The notes beneath the pieces are model-generated. The model made no database searches and had not been told where the DNA came from. It saw nothing but the letters and a program-made list of their open reading frames with translations. Below, one piece after another: positions 8,932-17,662 of a DNA stretch of 36,845 nt. The stretch spans positions 1 to 36,845 of the forward strand of contig CATMOE010000037.1 of NCBI GenBank assembly GCA_950072105.1, given 5' to 3'. The stretch is from an uncultured Dehalococcoidia bacterium (GTDB taxonomy: Bacteria > Chloroflexota > Dehalococcoidia > Lucifugimonadales > UBA3495). Every line of letters begins with the position of its first letter. Positions within the stretch are counted from its first letter, which is position 1. The position numbers and the translations under genes are program-made.

Positions 8932-9456
8932 TTGCTACAACGAATGATTGGCGCGGCTATGCTGCGCACGGGGACATACGAAGAGGTTGAGGCCGACACG
9001 TCAGCCACGAAACAAGCAATGTTGGTGGTTGTGTTAGTGTCTCTGGCTTCGGGCATCGGGAACGTTGGCGTGGGCGGTGTCCCTGCCCGGGTATTCGGAC
9101 TGCTGGCGGCGTTGGCCGGCTGGTCGTTTTGGGCGTGAATCACCTACGTCGTGGGTACAAAGATACTTCCGACTCCGGAAACTCACGCGAACTGGGGGCA
9201 GTTGGCGCGAACTTTGGGTTATGCCCAAACGCCGGGTCTGTTCAAGGTTTTTGGGTTTTTGCCCGGGATCGGCCCTATTATCTTCTTCATCGCGACCATT
9301 TGGCAGTTGATCGCCGCGATTATCGCGATCAGGCAGGCCCTGGATTACACGTCCACCCGGCGGGCAATCGCGGTTGCGGTTATCGGGTTCATCGGCTACG
9401 CCGTCGTGACCGGAATAGTGATGGCGATATTCGTGTCCCCGATTATACCCGGCTAA
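8932..9456 (+). pseudogene. Yip1-family membrane protein interrupted by an in-frame TGA (9136-9138)
   Basis: ORFs 8932-9138 and 9151-9456 share one frame: YEEVEAD..AT.QA ... GWSFWA*ITYVVGTK ... R.LGYAQTPG ... AIRQALDY.ST.RA. Confidence 0.8.
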
Positions 9457-9479
9457 TCACGACTGATTAAGTCTACAGC

Positions 9480-10226
9480 CTAGCCGTAGTTGGCCCTCCG
9501 CCGCTCGGCGAAGGCGGTGACTCCTTCCCGGCTGGTATCAGAGTCCCGAAGTGGGGCTGACAGGGCCCTGGCATACGCCTCCGATTGTTCAGTTGCCATG
9601 TCCCGGCCGGTGAACGCCGCCTTTTTAGTTGCCTTCAAGACCTCTATCGGATACTCCGCCATTCGTTGGGCAAGGGCCTCCACGGTGGACATCAACTCGG
9701 ACGGCGGGACGACTTTGGTCACCAACCCGAATCGCAGAGCCTCCTGGGCGTCAAAGATGTCTCCGCTGAGCAGCATGTGCAGAGCCGGTCCGAAGCCAAT
9801 CAGGCGGATGAGAGGGTCCGGCGGGTTGGGCAGGCCCCGGCGAATCTCGAAACAACCGAATTGGGCGTTTTCCGACGCGATGCGGATGTCGCAAGCCAAG
9901 GACCGCTCCAGACCTCCCGCCACCGCGTAGCCGTTGACCGCGGCGATGGTTATCTTATCAGTCTTCATGTAGGGAGGCACCACGTTGCTTACTGGGCCGC
10001 CCTCGGCGATACGGGCCGCCGCCGCCTTGAGGTCCATCCCGGTACAGAAAGCGCGTTCGCCGGCGCCGGTCAGGATCAGCACCTTCAAGTCCGGATCTTG
10101 GTCGAAGTTCTGCTCGCACTCGTAGATGTAGTCGGTGGTGGGCGGGTCGCAAGCGTTCATGACATGGGGACGGTTAATCGTGATCGAGGCTATGGGCGTT
10201 CGCTTTTCGTATATGACAGTGTCCAT
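9480..10226 (-). CDS. Enoyl-CoA hydratase/isomerase family protein
   Basis: INRP..MNA, AFCTGMDL, IAAVNG.AVAGGLE, ACDIRIA, FE.RRG. Confidence 0.93.
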   Translation of the reverse strand: MDTVIYEKRTPIASITINRPHVMNACDPPTTDYIYECEQNFDQDPDLKVLILTGAGERAFCTGMDLKAAAARIAEGGPVSNVVPPYMKTDKITIAAVNGYAVAGGLERSLACDIRIASENAQFGCFEIRRGLPNPPDPLIRLIGFGPALHMLLSGDIFDAQEALRFGLVTKVVPPSELMSTVEALAQRMAEYPIEVLKATKKAAFTGRDMATEQSEAYARALSAPLRDSDTSREGVTAFAERRRANYG

Positions 10227-10265
10227 TATTGTTCCTTCTTTTGCTAGGTATCGCCGGTTACGCGC

Positions 10266-11130
10266 TTACTCTATGACCAGGAGGTCCGATCCCAACAGTA
10301 CCTCGCCCTGGTAATGCTGGCGCACATCCGCCAACGCCTCTGTCTCATTGACGGACGGGCTCAAGTGGGTCAGCACTAGGCGCTTCACTCCGGCTTCCGC
10401 TGCGATCTGGCCCGCCTGGGTGGTGGTCGGCAGGACAGATTCGGTGAGAATCTGGACGGTGGGGTTGGTCAGGGCACTTTCGGGCCACATGCAGCACTGC
10501 ACTAGCAGGTCGGCGTCACGGGCTAACCCGATGACTCCGGGGCAGGGGACGGTGTCGCCGCTGATCGTGATGACCTCGGCCCCTGACTCGATACGATAAC
10601 CCAGGCAGCGCCAGTCAAAATCGGGGGCGTCGGGGAAATCGCCGTGCCGGACGTAATCGGCAATCACTCGCCACCCATCTCCGACCGCTGCGACTCCTGA
10701 ACCGATCTCATGGACCGCGACATCGCTGATTGCTTCCCGCCGTTGGTGTCCACCTTGCGTCCGGCGGAGAACTTCCCGGTTTTCCTCTATGCGGAACCGG
10801 ATGTCAGGTCCATAGACGCCGTTGAGAAGAGCATCGACTATCTGGCGTGTGCCGGCCGGCCCGTAGATGTGCAGAGCATCAATCCTCCCAAATGTCGCCG
10901 TCGCAAAGATGACTGGGTACAAATCATTTATGTGGTCATAGTGGTGATGGGTGATGGGTGATGAAGATGGGGCCGAGCCGGCTCAGGTCGACTCCCGAAT
11001 TTAGCAACTGGTGGAGAGCGCCCCCTCCAGCATCAAACAACAGCAGATCCGAACCAACCTCCACCAGCGCTGAAAACTGGAACCGGTTCGGGTTGACGGG
11101 TGTACCTGTCCCGAGCAGCGTAACTTTCAT
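10266..11130 (-). pseudogene. MBL-fold hydrolase (RNase Z/arylsulfatase-like), frameshifted by a 7-bp duplication
   Basis: N-part MKVTLLGTG..FDAG and C-part ISGDT..ADLL..LVLTHL. Removing one of three CATCACC copies restores FITHHHYDH (HxHxDH). Confidence 0.88.
10943..10963. repeat. Heptamer tandem repeat (GGTGATG)x3
   Basis: Read directly; lies in the metal-binding motif of the MBL gene. Confidence 0.95.
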
Positions 11131-11141
11131 CGATACTTCTT

Positions 11142-12488
11142 CTACTCCGTCCCGCCGCGCTCGATTCCCAACCGCTTCTTGTAATCCCTATCATACTCGG
11201 CCAGAAATCCCATGCGCAGCAGGGCTTCCGGGTCGGGCGGAGGCGTTACCCCTTGGTTGTCCGGGATATGTCCGATAACTCGGGCTTCTTCCAACTCTTG
11301 GTACTCTTCATTGCTGTACCCAAGAATGTCGCACAATACGTGACGGTTGTGCTGTCCCAGAGTGGGGGCCAACCGGTCGGGGGGCAACTGAACGCCCATC
11401 AGGTTGAACAGCGGAGCCGCGTGCGGGCGGGGTCCGATAGGCCCAGGGTGGTTGGAGATTCGGAAGAAATCCCGGTCGCTTAAGTGAGGGTCGGTCGTAA
11501 TCTCCCGAGTGTTGTTCACGGCGCCGCAGGCCACGCCGGCTGTCTGAAGTTGGCGCATCACTTCATGCTTGTCTCTGGAAGAGGTCCACTTTCCGATATC
11601 TGCATCAAGCTTCTCGCGGTGGTGGAGGCGGCCTTCCGTAGTCTCCAACTCCGCATCGTCAACCCACTTTCCCCCCACCGCTCTTTTGAAGTTCATCCAC
11701 TCGGCATCGGACGTGATGGTGATGGCGACCCAGGAGTCATCCCCCGAGCAGGGGTAGATGCCGTAGGGGGAGAAGTTGGGATGGCTATTGCCCCGGCGGG
11801 TGGGGATCCTTTCGTTCATGGTGTAGTCCATGAACGCTTCTCCCAACTGCACCACACCCGCTTGGTACTGGGAAAGGTCGATCCACTGCCCCTCTCCAGT
11901 CCGCTCCCGGTGGGCGATGGCCAGCAGGATCGCATAAGTTGCCGTGAGCGCGCCTAATATATCGTTGTAGAGGATGCCTCCCTGTACCGGCCCGCCATCT
12001 TCGTAACCGGTGAGGTAGGTGAGGCCGGTTACCGCCTGGATGCTAGAGCCGTAGCCGATGTAGTTCTGCCAGGGACCGGTGCTGCCGTAGGCCGTGGAGT
12101 CCAATACGATGATGTCTGGCTTGACCTTTTTTAGCTCCGGATAATCCAGGCCGAAGTTGCGCATCACCCGGGGCGGGAAGTTCTGAGCCACGACGTCGCT
12201 AACGCTGACCAATTCCTTGAAGAGGTCCTTGCCCCGCTGGGTGTTCAGGTTCAAGGCTATGCCCAGCTTGTTGCGGTTCACCTCGTGATAGGCCCCGCCG
12301 TGGTTCCAGGCGTCGCCCTCCACCTGGTTGTCTGGCTGGGGGCCGCCGCGGGACGAATCGGGGCGTACCGTGGACTCGACCTTGATGACCTCGGCCCCGT
12401 ACATGGCCAAAGGAGCGATGGCGTAGGGCAGCGCCCAGACCTGGCCCGGCTCGATTATGCGGATGCCGCTGAGGGGTAAAGTTTCCAC
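11142..12488 (-). CDS. CoA-transferase family III (CaiB/BaiF), catalytic-type (BbsF-like) subunit
   Basis: PLSGIRI, GAEVIKVE, NRNK, SDVV.QNF, YNDILG with the catalytic Asp, G.GQ.IDLSQ. Confidence 0.93.
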   Translation of the reverse strand: METLPLSGIRIIEPGQVWALPYAIAPLAMYGAEVIKVESTVRPDSSRGGPQPDNQVEGDAWNHGGAYHEVNRNKLGIALNLNTQRGKDLFKELVSVSDVVAQNFPPRVMRNFGLDYPELKKVKPDIIVLDSTAYGSTGPWQNYIGYGSSIQAVTGLTYLTGYEDGGPVQGGILYNDILGALTATYAILLAIAHRERTGEGQWIDLSQYQAGVVQLGEAFMDYTMNERIPTRRGNSHPNFSPYGIYPCSGDDSWVAITITSDAEWMNFKRAVGGKWVDDAELETTEGRLHHREKLDADIGKWTSSRDKHEVMRQLQTAGVACGAVNNTREITTDPHLSDRDFFRISNHPGPIGPRPHAAPLFNLMGVQLPPDRLAPTLGQHNRHVLCDILGYSNEEYQELEEARVIGHIPDNQGVTPPPDPEALLRMGFLAEYDRDYKKRLGIERGGTE

Positions 12489-12492
12489 TAGG

Positions 12493-12530
12493 CCCCCATC
12501 CTAACCTTCCCCCGAAATGGGGGAAGGGAC
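12493..12530. repeat. REP-like palindrome
   Basis: CCCCCATCCTAACCTTCCCCC-gaaat-GGGGGAAGGGA; its reverse complement matches 28555-28616. Confidence 0.85.
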
Positions 12531-13727
12531 TTGGTTTTGGCTGCAAAGTTCTGCCACGTCTTGGGGCGAGTATCCCAGGCTGCTGAATACTTCTTCGTTG
12601 TGTTCGCCCAGTAAGGGTGCGGCCCTCACTTGTTGACCGTTGCGCCCCGGGCTTTCCGACATCTGGAACGGCGCTCCCGGATATTTTAGAGCGCCGACGG
12701 CGGGATGGGGAAACTCGACGAAGAAGCCTCGCTCCCGCAACTGGGGCGACTCGGCGATGTCCGCCATGGTCTGCACCGGAGCGAAGGGGAATCGCCACTC
12801 TTGGGCATGGTGGAACCACTCCTGGGCCGTCTGTTCCAGCCACTTACTCTTGAGCAACGAGTCCACTTCATCGGAATGGACCTGCCGGCCCGCCGGAGTG
12901 TCGAACTTGGGGTCGTGCAATTCCGGTACCCCGGCCATCTCGGCATAGGTTTCCCAGTCGCCCATGACACCGGGTGTTGGCAGGATGTAGCCTTCTTTGG
13001 TCTGGACCGGGTAGCGCAGGCTGCTCCCCTCCATCGGTTGCCTCCGGTTGACCATGCCGGCGTAGGTATAGTCCAGGACCGAACTGAAGAGGGTACTGGT
13101 AACACATTCCATGATCGACACGTCCACCTGCTGCCCAACGCCGCCGCGCCAACGCTGCAGCAGCGCCGCTACTGTTCCCGAGGCCGCCGCCATGCCTCCC
13201 AGGTATTGGGCCTGGTTGTACCCGTGCTTGACCGGCTCGCGGTGGTACTCGCCGGTGACGTAGGCCATGCCGCCCAAGGCGTAGAGCACCAACTCGGAGG
13301 CGCGGTAGTCCCGGTATCGGCCGGATTGCCCGAAGCTGGATATGGAGGTCATTACCAGGCCGGGGTTGATCTGTTTTAGGGTTTGGTAGTCCAATCCCAG
13401 GGAAGGCATCACCCGGGGTGAGAAGCTCTCCACCAGAATGTCCGCGTCCCGCACCAGGTCCAGCAGGGCGGCCCGGCCCTTGGGGTCTTTTAGGTTCAGA
13501 GTGATGCCGCGTTTGTTGGTGTTTAGGTAGAGAAAAAGGCCGCTCTTCTCCGGGTGAGGGACGTCTTCGGGGAAGGGACCCAACCGCCGGCCGGAGTCAC
13601 CGCCATCGGGCCGCTCCACCTTGATGACGTCGGCGCCGAAGTCCGCCAACAGCTTGGTGCAGTAGGGACCGGCAATGTGGTGGGTTAAATCGATTACTTT
13701 GACGTCTTGGAGGACTGATCCGCTCAT
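12501..13727 (-). CDS. CoA-transferase family III, BbsE-like subunit
   Basis: IAGPYC.KLLADFGADVIKVE, FLYLNTNKRG, ADILVE. The catalytic-Asp position reads QAQYLGG, with no Asp. Confidence 0.93.
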   Translation of the reverse strand: MSGSVLQDVKVIDLTHHIAGPYCTKLLADFGADVIKVERPDGGDSGRRLGPFPEDVPHPEKSGLFLYLNTNKRGITLNLKDPKGRAALLDLVRDADILVESFSPRVMPSLGLDYQTLKQINPGLVMTSISSFGQSGRYRDYRASELVLYALGGMAYVTGEYHREPVKHGYNQAQYLGGMAAASGTVAALLQRWRGGVGQQVDVSIMECVTSTLFSSVLDYTYAGMVNRRQPMEGSSLRYPVQTKEGYILPTPGVMGDWETYAEMAGVPELHDPKFDTPAGRQVHSDEVDSLLKSKWLEQTAQEWFHHAQEWRFPFAPVQTMADIAESPQLRERGFFVEFPHPAVGALKYPGAPFQMSESPGRNGQQVRAAPLLGEHNEEVFSSLGYSPQDVAELCSQNQVPSPISGEG

Positions 13728-13734
13728 AGGCGTT

Positions 13735-13764
13735 ACTATACGGGCCTTTCGTGAATCTGGTCAA
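13735..13764 (-). promoter_or_regulatory. Sigma70 promoter positioned for a leaderless transcript
   Basis: TTGACC-18 nt-TATAGT, then 7 nt to ATG 13727; no Shine-Dalgarno. Confidence 0.65.
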
Positions 13765-13781
13765 TCAAGACGCGAACCCGG

Positions 13782-14762
13782 TCAATCTAAAATCGAAGAG
13801 TCCCGTTGCCATTGGAGATAGTCGGTGAGGCCGGTGTTCAAGTCGAACTTCGGTGTCCAGCCCAGGTCATGGAACAGGCGGTGGCCGGAAAGGGGACCCC
13901 GGTCAGCCCCTTCGCTGGAGGGTTCCCTGTTCCCCGAGGCTGTCTCCGCTACTTGGATTTTTGGGACAAGCCCGGTTAAAGCGTCCAGAATTTCCCGGTA
14001 GGTGACCCATATTCCAGTCGTCAAGTTGTACAAACCGTGGGGCAAGGTGGGGGCATCTAGGACGGCCTGGATCCCGCCGGCGATGTCGGTAACGTATATG
14101 TAGTCCCGGCCACCATCCATGTTATCGGCTTGAATGATTTCGCCCCGTAGCGCCTGTCCCGTCCACTGGTAGAACACCGACATCACCGCCCGGTGTCCAG
14201 TCACCCGCTCCATTGGTCCGTAGGGAGTGCTGAGCCTGACGCTGGCCGTGGAGATACCGTGTAACTCCCCGTAACGCCGGGTCAAAAGCTCGCTGGAGTA
14301 TTTGGTGATGCCATACAGGTTGGGAGGTACTGGCGGCGCGTCCTCGTTCAGCGTTTGGTCTGCGGTCGCGGACGGTCCGTAAACCGCTCCGGAGCTTACG
14401 TACACGAAGCGGTTAACGTGCAAAGTGCGGGCCAGTTCCAACAGGTTGGCCGTTCCCTCGATGTTTATGGCAACGACGTCCCGGCTACGTTGGGTCTCCA
14501 ACTCGACCCGGTTCACCGTGAATACGGCGGCGTGAACGATCTTGTCTATGGAATGCCCGGTCCCTAATCGTTCGACGATGCCCCGGTCCAACATGTCGCC
14601 CTGAACGAAGCTGACTTTGGATGACGCTTCGCTCATGAACTTCTCGGTGAGTTGGTCAGGACCGTTCAAGTCGAAACATACGACATCATGACCCGCCTGA
14701 GCCAACCCCTTCACGATGTTAGACCCGACGAACCCGGTGCCGCCGGTTACCAGTGTGGCCAT
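13782..14762 (-). CDS. NAD-dependent epimerase/dehydratase (extended SDR)
   Basis: LVTGGTGFVG, SSGAVYG, YGITK (YxxxK), YGP, RDYIYV.D; RBS TAAGGAG. Confidence 0.93.
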   Translation of the reverse strand: MATLVTGGTGFVGSNIVKGLAQAGHDVVCFDLNGPDQLTEKFMSEASSKVSFVQGDMLDRGIVERLGTGHSIDKIVHAAVFTVNRVELETQRSRDVVAINIEGTANLLELARTLHVNRFVYVSSGAVYGPSATADQTLNEDAPPVPPNLYGITKYSSELLTRRYGELHGISTASVRLSTPYGPMERVTGHRAVMSVFYQWTGQALRGEIIQADNMDGGRDYIYVTDIAGGIQAVLDAPTLPHGLYNLTTGIWVTYREILDALTGLVPKIQVAETASGNREPSSEGADRGPLSGHRLFHDLGWTPKFDLNTGLTDYLQWQRDSSILD

Positions 14763-14821
14763 GCTGCTAACTCCTTATTTCGAGGACCAAGGCTAAACTG
14801 ACACGGAAACGTAACCGGGCG

Positions 14822-15514
14822 CTAACGAATGTCGCCCACCCAGGCCCGGTCGGGTAGACCGCGTTGTTCCCAATACCCCAGGGGTGAACCGGAAGCCAAC
14901 TCTATCCTTACCACCCATTTGGTCCACTTGTAGCCGTATTTGTTTGGAGAAACGAGCCGCAGCGGGAAGCCGTGTACGGGCGTGTCTTGGCCGTTTATCT
15001 GGTAGGCCAGGAAAGCCTCGGTCTCCGCTAGGTCCGCCAGGGGGTGAGTGGTGAAGTAACCGTCGGCGCAATGGAAGACGGCAGTGTCCGCATCATGCAT
15101 CGGTTCGGCGCTCTCCAGCAACGACGCCAAGGACACTCCACGCATCGCCATGATGTTTCGGAGGCCCCCGACGCAGTCGAGGGTAACCTGCCGGTTGACG
15201 ACGGGATAGCTCTTCAAGTCGTCGAAGGAGAGGCTTAACGGATGGGCTACCTGACCGTCCACCGTCAAACTGAATTGCTCCGGGTCCAAGCGGGGAACGC
15301 CCCAGAAAGAAAGGGTGAAGATCTTCTTTGGTGGCGTTAGATCGGCTTGCCGGTATATCCCCATGACGCGCTTCAGATATAGCAGGGTTCGAATACCATC
15401 GGTCGTAACTCGCTTTCGCACCGGGTAGGGCAGGATGATCCAGAGAACCCAGATGGCCTTGAGCAGCATCCGGTTTGTGAGCAAGCTGGTTAACAGGCCC
15501 ATCTCTTCATCCAC
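14822..15514 (-). CDS. Molybdopterin-dependent oxidoreductase (sulfite oxidase family, YuiH-like)
   Basis: L.VDG.V, LDCV (Mo-ligand Cys), GV.L..LL, DGY.T, HGFPLRL..P..YGYK..KW, GYWE.RG. Start may be ATG 15502. Confidence 0.9.
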   Translation of the reverse strand: MDEEMGLLTSLLTNRMLLKAIWVLWIILPYPVRKRVTTDGIRTLLYLKRVMGIYRQADLTPPKKIFTLSFWGVPRLDPEQFSLTVDGQVAHPLSLSFDDLKSYPVVNRQVTLDCVGGLRNIMAMRGVSLASLLESAEPMHDADTAVFHCADGYFTTHPLADLAETEAFLAYQINGQDTPVHGFPLRLVSPNKYGYKWTKWVVRIELASGSPLGYWEQRGLPDRAWVGDIR

Positions 15515-15691
15515 CGCCGGTTTGGATACCGTAATACCCCGGAAAACCGCACGCGGTTATCAATCTGGATCGTCGTGAATCATAACATTCCTTCTCCTGT
15601 AGGATGCGGCGTATTGAAGCGCGATCCGCATCGACAGCAAGGAGGCTTGGCGGTAATATAACTTCAAAATCAACTCGGCATCGGAGTGATC

Positions 15692-16513
15692 GTGTTTCAA
15701 AAGATTCAACACATCGGATACCTTACGCCCGACTTGGACGAGACGGTGGCCTGGTTCGAGAAGTCCTTCGGCGCGGTTAACGGCGGAGGCGGCCCCCTCA
15801 ACGCGAGCTACGCCGTACCCAGCGGCGGCCGTAACGCATATATGCGGTTCGGCCGGGTTGAGGCCGAGCTCATCGAGCCCACCGATAAGCACGGGCTAAC
15901 CAGTGGCCGCGTGGCCATGCACCATGTCGGGTACGTGGTGGCCGACATTGAGCAGGCCATGACGGAGTTGACCGCTAAAGGATTCAAGTTCGCCGGGCCC
16001 GGCGCATTCACCAATATCATTGGGCAGCAACTACGATACTTCGACTCCTCTACCACCAACGGAGTTCTTGTCCACCTTACCCAGTTGCCATCGGGGAGCG
16101 ATGACCCAGCGCCCGGAGACGGGACGGAGATCCAGCGCATCGTTCACGCCGGATACCGGGTGAAGGATCTAGACAAGGCCGTCGCCTGGTACGTGGACAA
16201 CTTCCAGGGTGAGCTCATTGGCGGCGGCCCGTCCCGCACCGGAGGGCGCAACGCATTCGTGAACTTCGCTCAGGTCCAGGTAGAGCTTATCCAGCCGCCC
16301 GACACCTCCAGTATGTCCGACGACGTCCACGACATGGACCACGTAGGGTACGTGGTTGGAGACATCCCGTCGTGTATGGGAGGTTGCCAGGAAAGGGGAC
16401 TGCAGTTCGTGGCCGACACGCCCATTACCAATTCGGTCCGCCAGCAGGTGCTGTACTTCGAAACAGAAACCACCCTGGGTTCCCGCATGCACTTAACGAT
16501 GCTGCCCGATTAA
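15692..16513 (+). CDS. Two-domain VOC (glyoxalase/methylmalonyl-CoA epimerase-like) protein
   Basis: Two internal repeats, each H.GY ... GGRNA ... ELI.P ... HVGYVV.DI ... HLT.LP; RBS GGAG before GTG 15692. Confidence 0.85.
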   Translation: MFQKIQHIGYLTPDLDETVAWFEKSFGAVNGGGGPLNASYAVPSGGRNAYMRFGRVEAELIEPTDKHGLTSGRVAMHHVGYVVADIEQAMTELTAKGFKFAGPGAFTNIIGQQLRYFDSSTTNGVLVHLTQLPSGSDDPAPGDGTEIQRIVHAGYRVKDLDKAVAWYVDNFQGELIGGGPSRTGGRNAFVNFAQVQVELIQPPDTSSMSDDVHDMDHVGYVVGDIPSCMGGCQERGLQFVADTPITNSVRQQVLYFETETTLGSRMHLTMLPD

Positions 16514-16542
16514 CAACCCATTCAAACCACTGAACGAAAATC

Positions 16543-16581
16543 GACCCGAAATGCCGATAAGCATCCCGGGTCTTTTGTTTT
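16543..16581 (+). terminator. Probable intrinsic terminator between convergent genes
   Basis: GACCCG..ATGC/GCAT..CGGGTC followed by TTTTGTTTT. Confidence 0.5.
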
Positions 16582-16615
16582 AGCTAGCCTGGAATTCAGC
16601 GGGAACAGCGCGTTG

Positions 16616-17521
16616 TTAATCGCCGGACTGGGCGACGGCTGCCCGGCCGATGCCCAATTCGTTCAACCTTTTCTGCATCATGGTGCGCTGCTCCGGGGTG
16701 ATGGGCTGACCGGGCGGGCGCGGGGCGCCGCAATCAATGCCAAGTCTCTCGCTTAAGATTGCCTTGGTGCCGGCGTGCAGGCCGATGCTCCGGACCAGAT
16801 CGGTGACCTGGCTGGCTTTCTCTTGGGCTGCCTCCGCCCGGTGGATATCACCGTCGTTGTAGGCGTTCCAGATCTCGACCCAAAGCTCGGGAGCCACGTT
16901 GGGAGGACCGTCCACGCATCCCGACGCGCCGATAGTTAGCGCCGGCAGCATGAGCATGGCGTTCCCGACGAGGCATTGCAGTCCCATGTTGGAGAAGGCG
17001 CGAACGTTGGCGAAGGTCACGGCCGAGTGCTTCAGCCCCTTCAGTTGGGGCACGCCGTCCTGAATCTTCTGCATCATCTCCGGCGTGATCTCCACACCGG
17101 TGGCCTGGGGCAGGTTGTACACGAACAGCGGTAGGTTGGCGGCGGCGCCCACGGCTTTGTAGTGCTCCACGATGGCTTCGTCGCTCTGCCGGTAGAAGAA
17201 GGGAGGCACGCAGCAGATCGCCTCAACACCGGACTTGGCGGCGTGTTCGGCCAACTTGACGGCCCGCGCCGTCGTGGCCGCGCCGACGTGCATTATGTTC
17301 TCGATCCTGCCTCGCGACTGGTCGGACGCGATCTCGGCGATGCGCATGTTTTCTTCGTCCTCCAGAAGCACGCTCTCACCGGTGCCTCCGGCTACCCAGA
17401 ATCCATGCACTCCGGCCTGGATGTTGAACTCGATGACCTCCCGAAGCGCCGCCTCATTGAGCTCGCCACCAGCGGTCATGGGAGTGATTAACGCGGGATA
17501 TACGCCCCTGAAACCAGCCAT
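16616..17521 (-). CDS. Dihydrodipicolinate synthase / N-acetylneuraminate lyase family aldolase
   Basis: GVYPALITP, GGTGE, PPFFY, YNLP, LKHS (Schiff-base Lys); RBS AGGAGG. Confidence 0.92.
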   Translation of the reverse strand: MAGFRGVYPALITPMTAGGELNEAALREVIEFNIQAGVHGFWVAGGTGESVLLEDEENMRIAEIASDQSRGRIENIMHVGAATTARAVKLAEHAAKSGVEAICCVPPFFYRQSDEAIVEHYKAVGAAANLPLFVYNLPQATGVEITPEMMQKIQDGVPQLKGLKHSAVTFANVRAFSNMGLQCLVGNAMLMLPALTIGASGCVDGPPNVAPELWVEIWNAYNDGDIHRAEAAQEKASQVTDLVRSIGLHAGTKAILSERLGIDCGAPRPPGQPITPEQRTMMQKRLNELGIGRAAVAQSGD

Positions 17522-17662
17522 TGTTTTCCTCCTGAACGGTTTGCGTAGAGTGTATCACGCCGGTGCGATGGTACGAGCGTAAATCGTTTAGCGTAGAGCA
17601 AGGTGCTAGAATGGAGCCCGGAGAACTTAAAAAACTCAGTACTCAGTATGGGAGTGATGAGA

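Noticed and set aside
9136..9156. Selenocysteine in the Yip1 gene (small hairpin ACCTAC-GTC-GTGGGT after the TGA)
   Set aside because: The hairpin starts only 3 nt after the UGA, and the site is in a transmembrane helix with no redox motif; Trp fits better.
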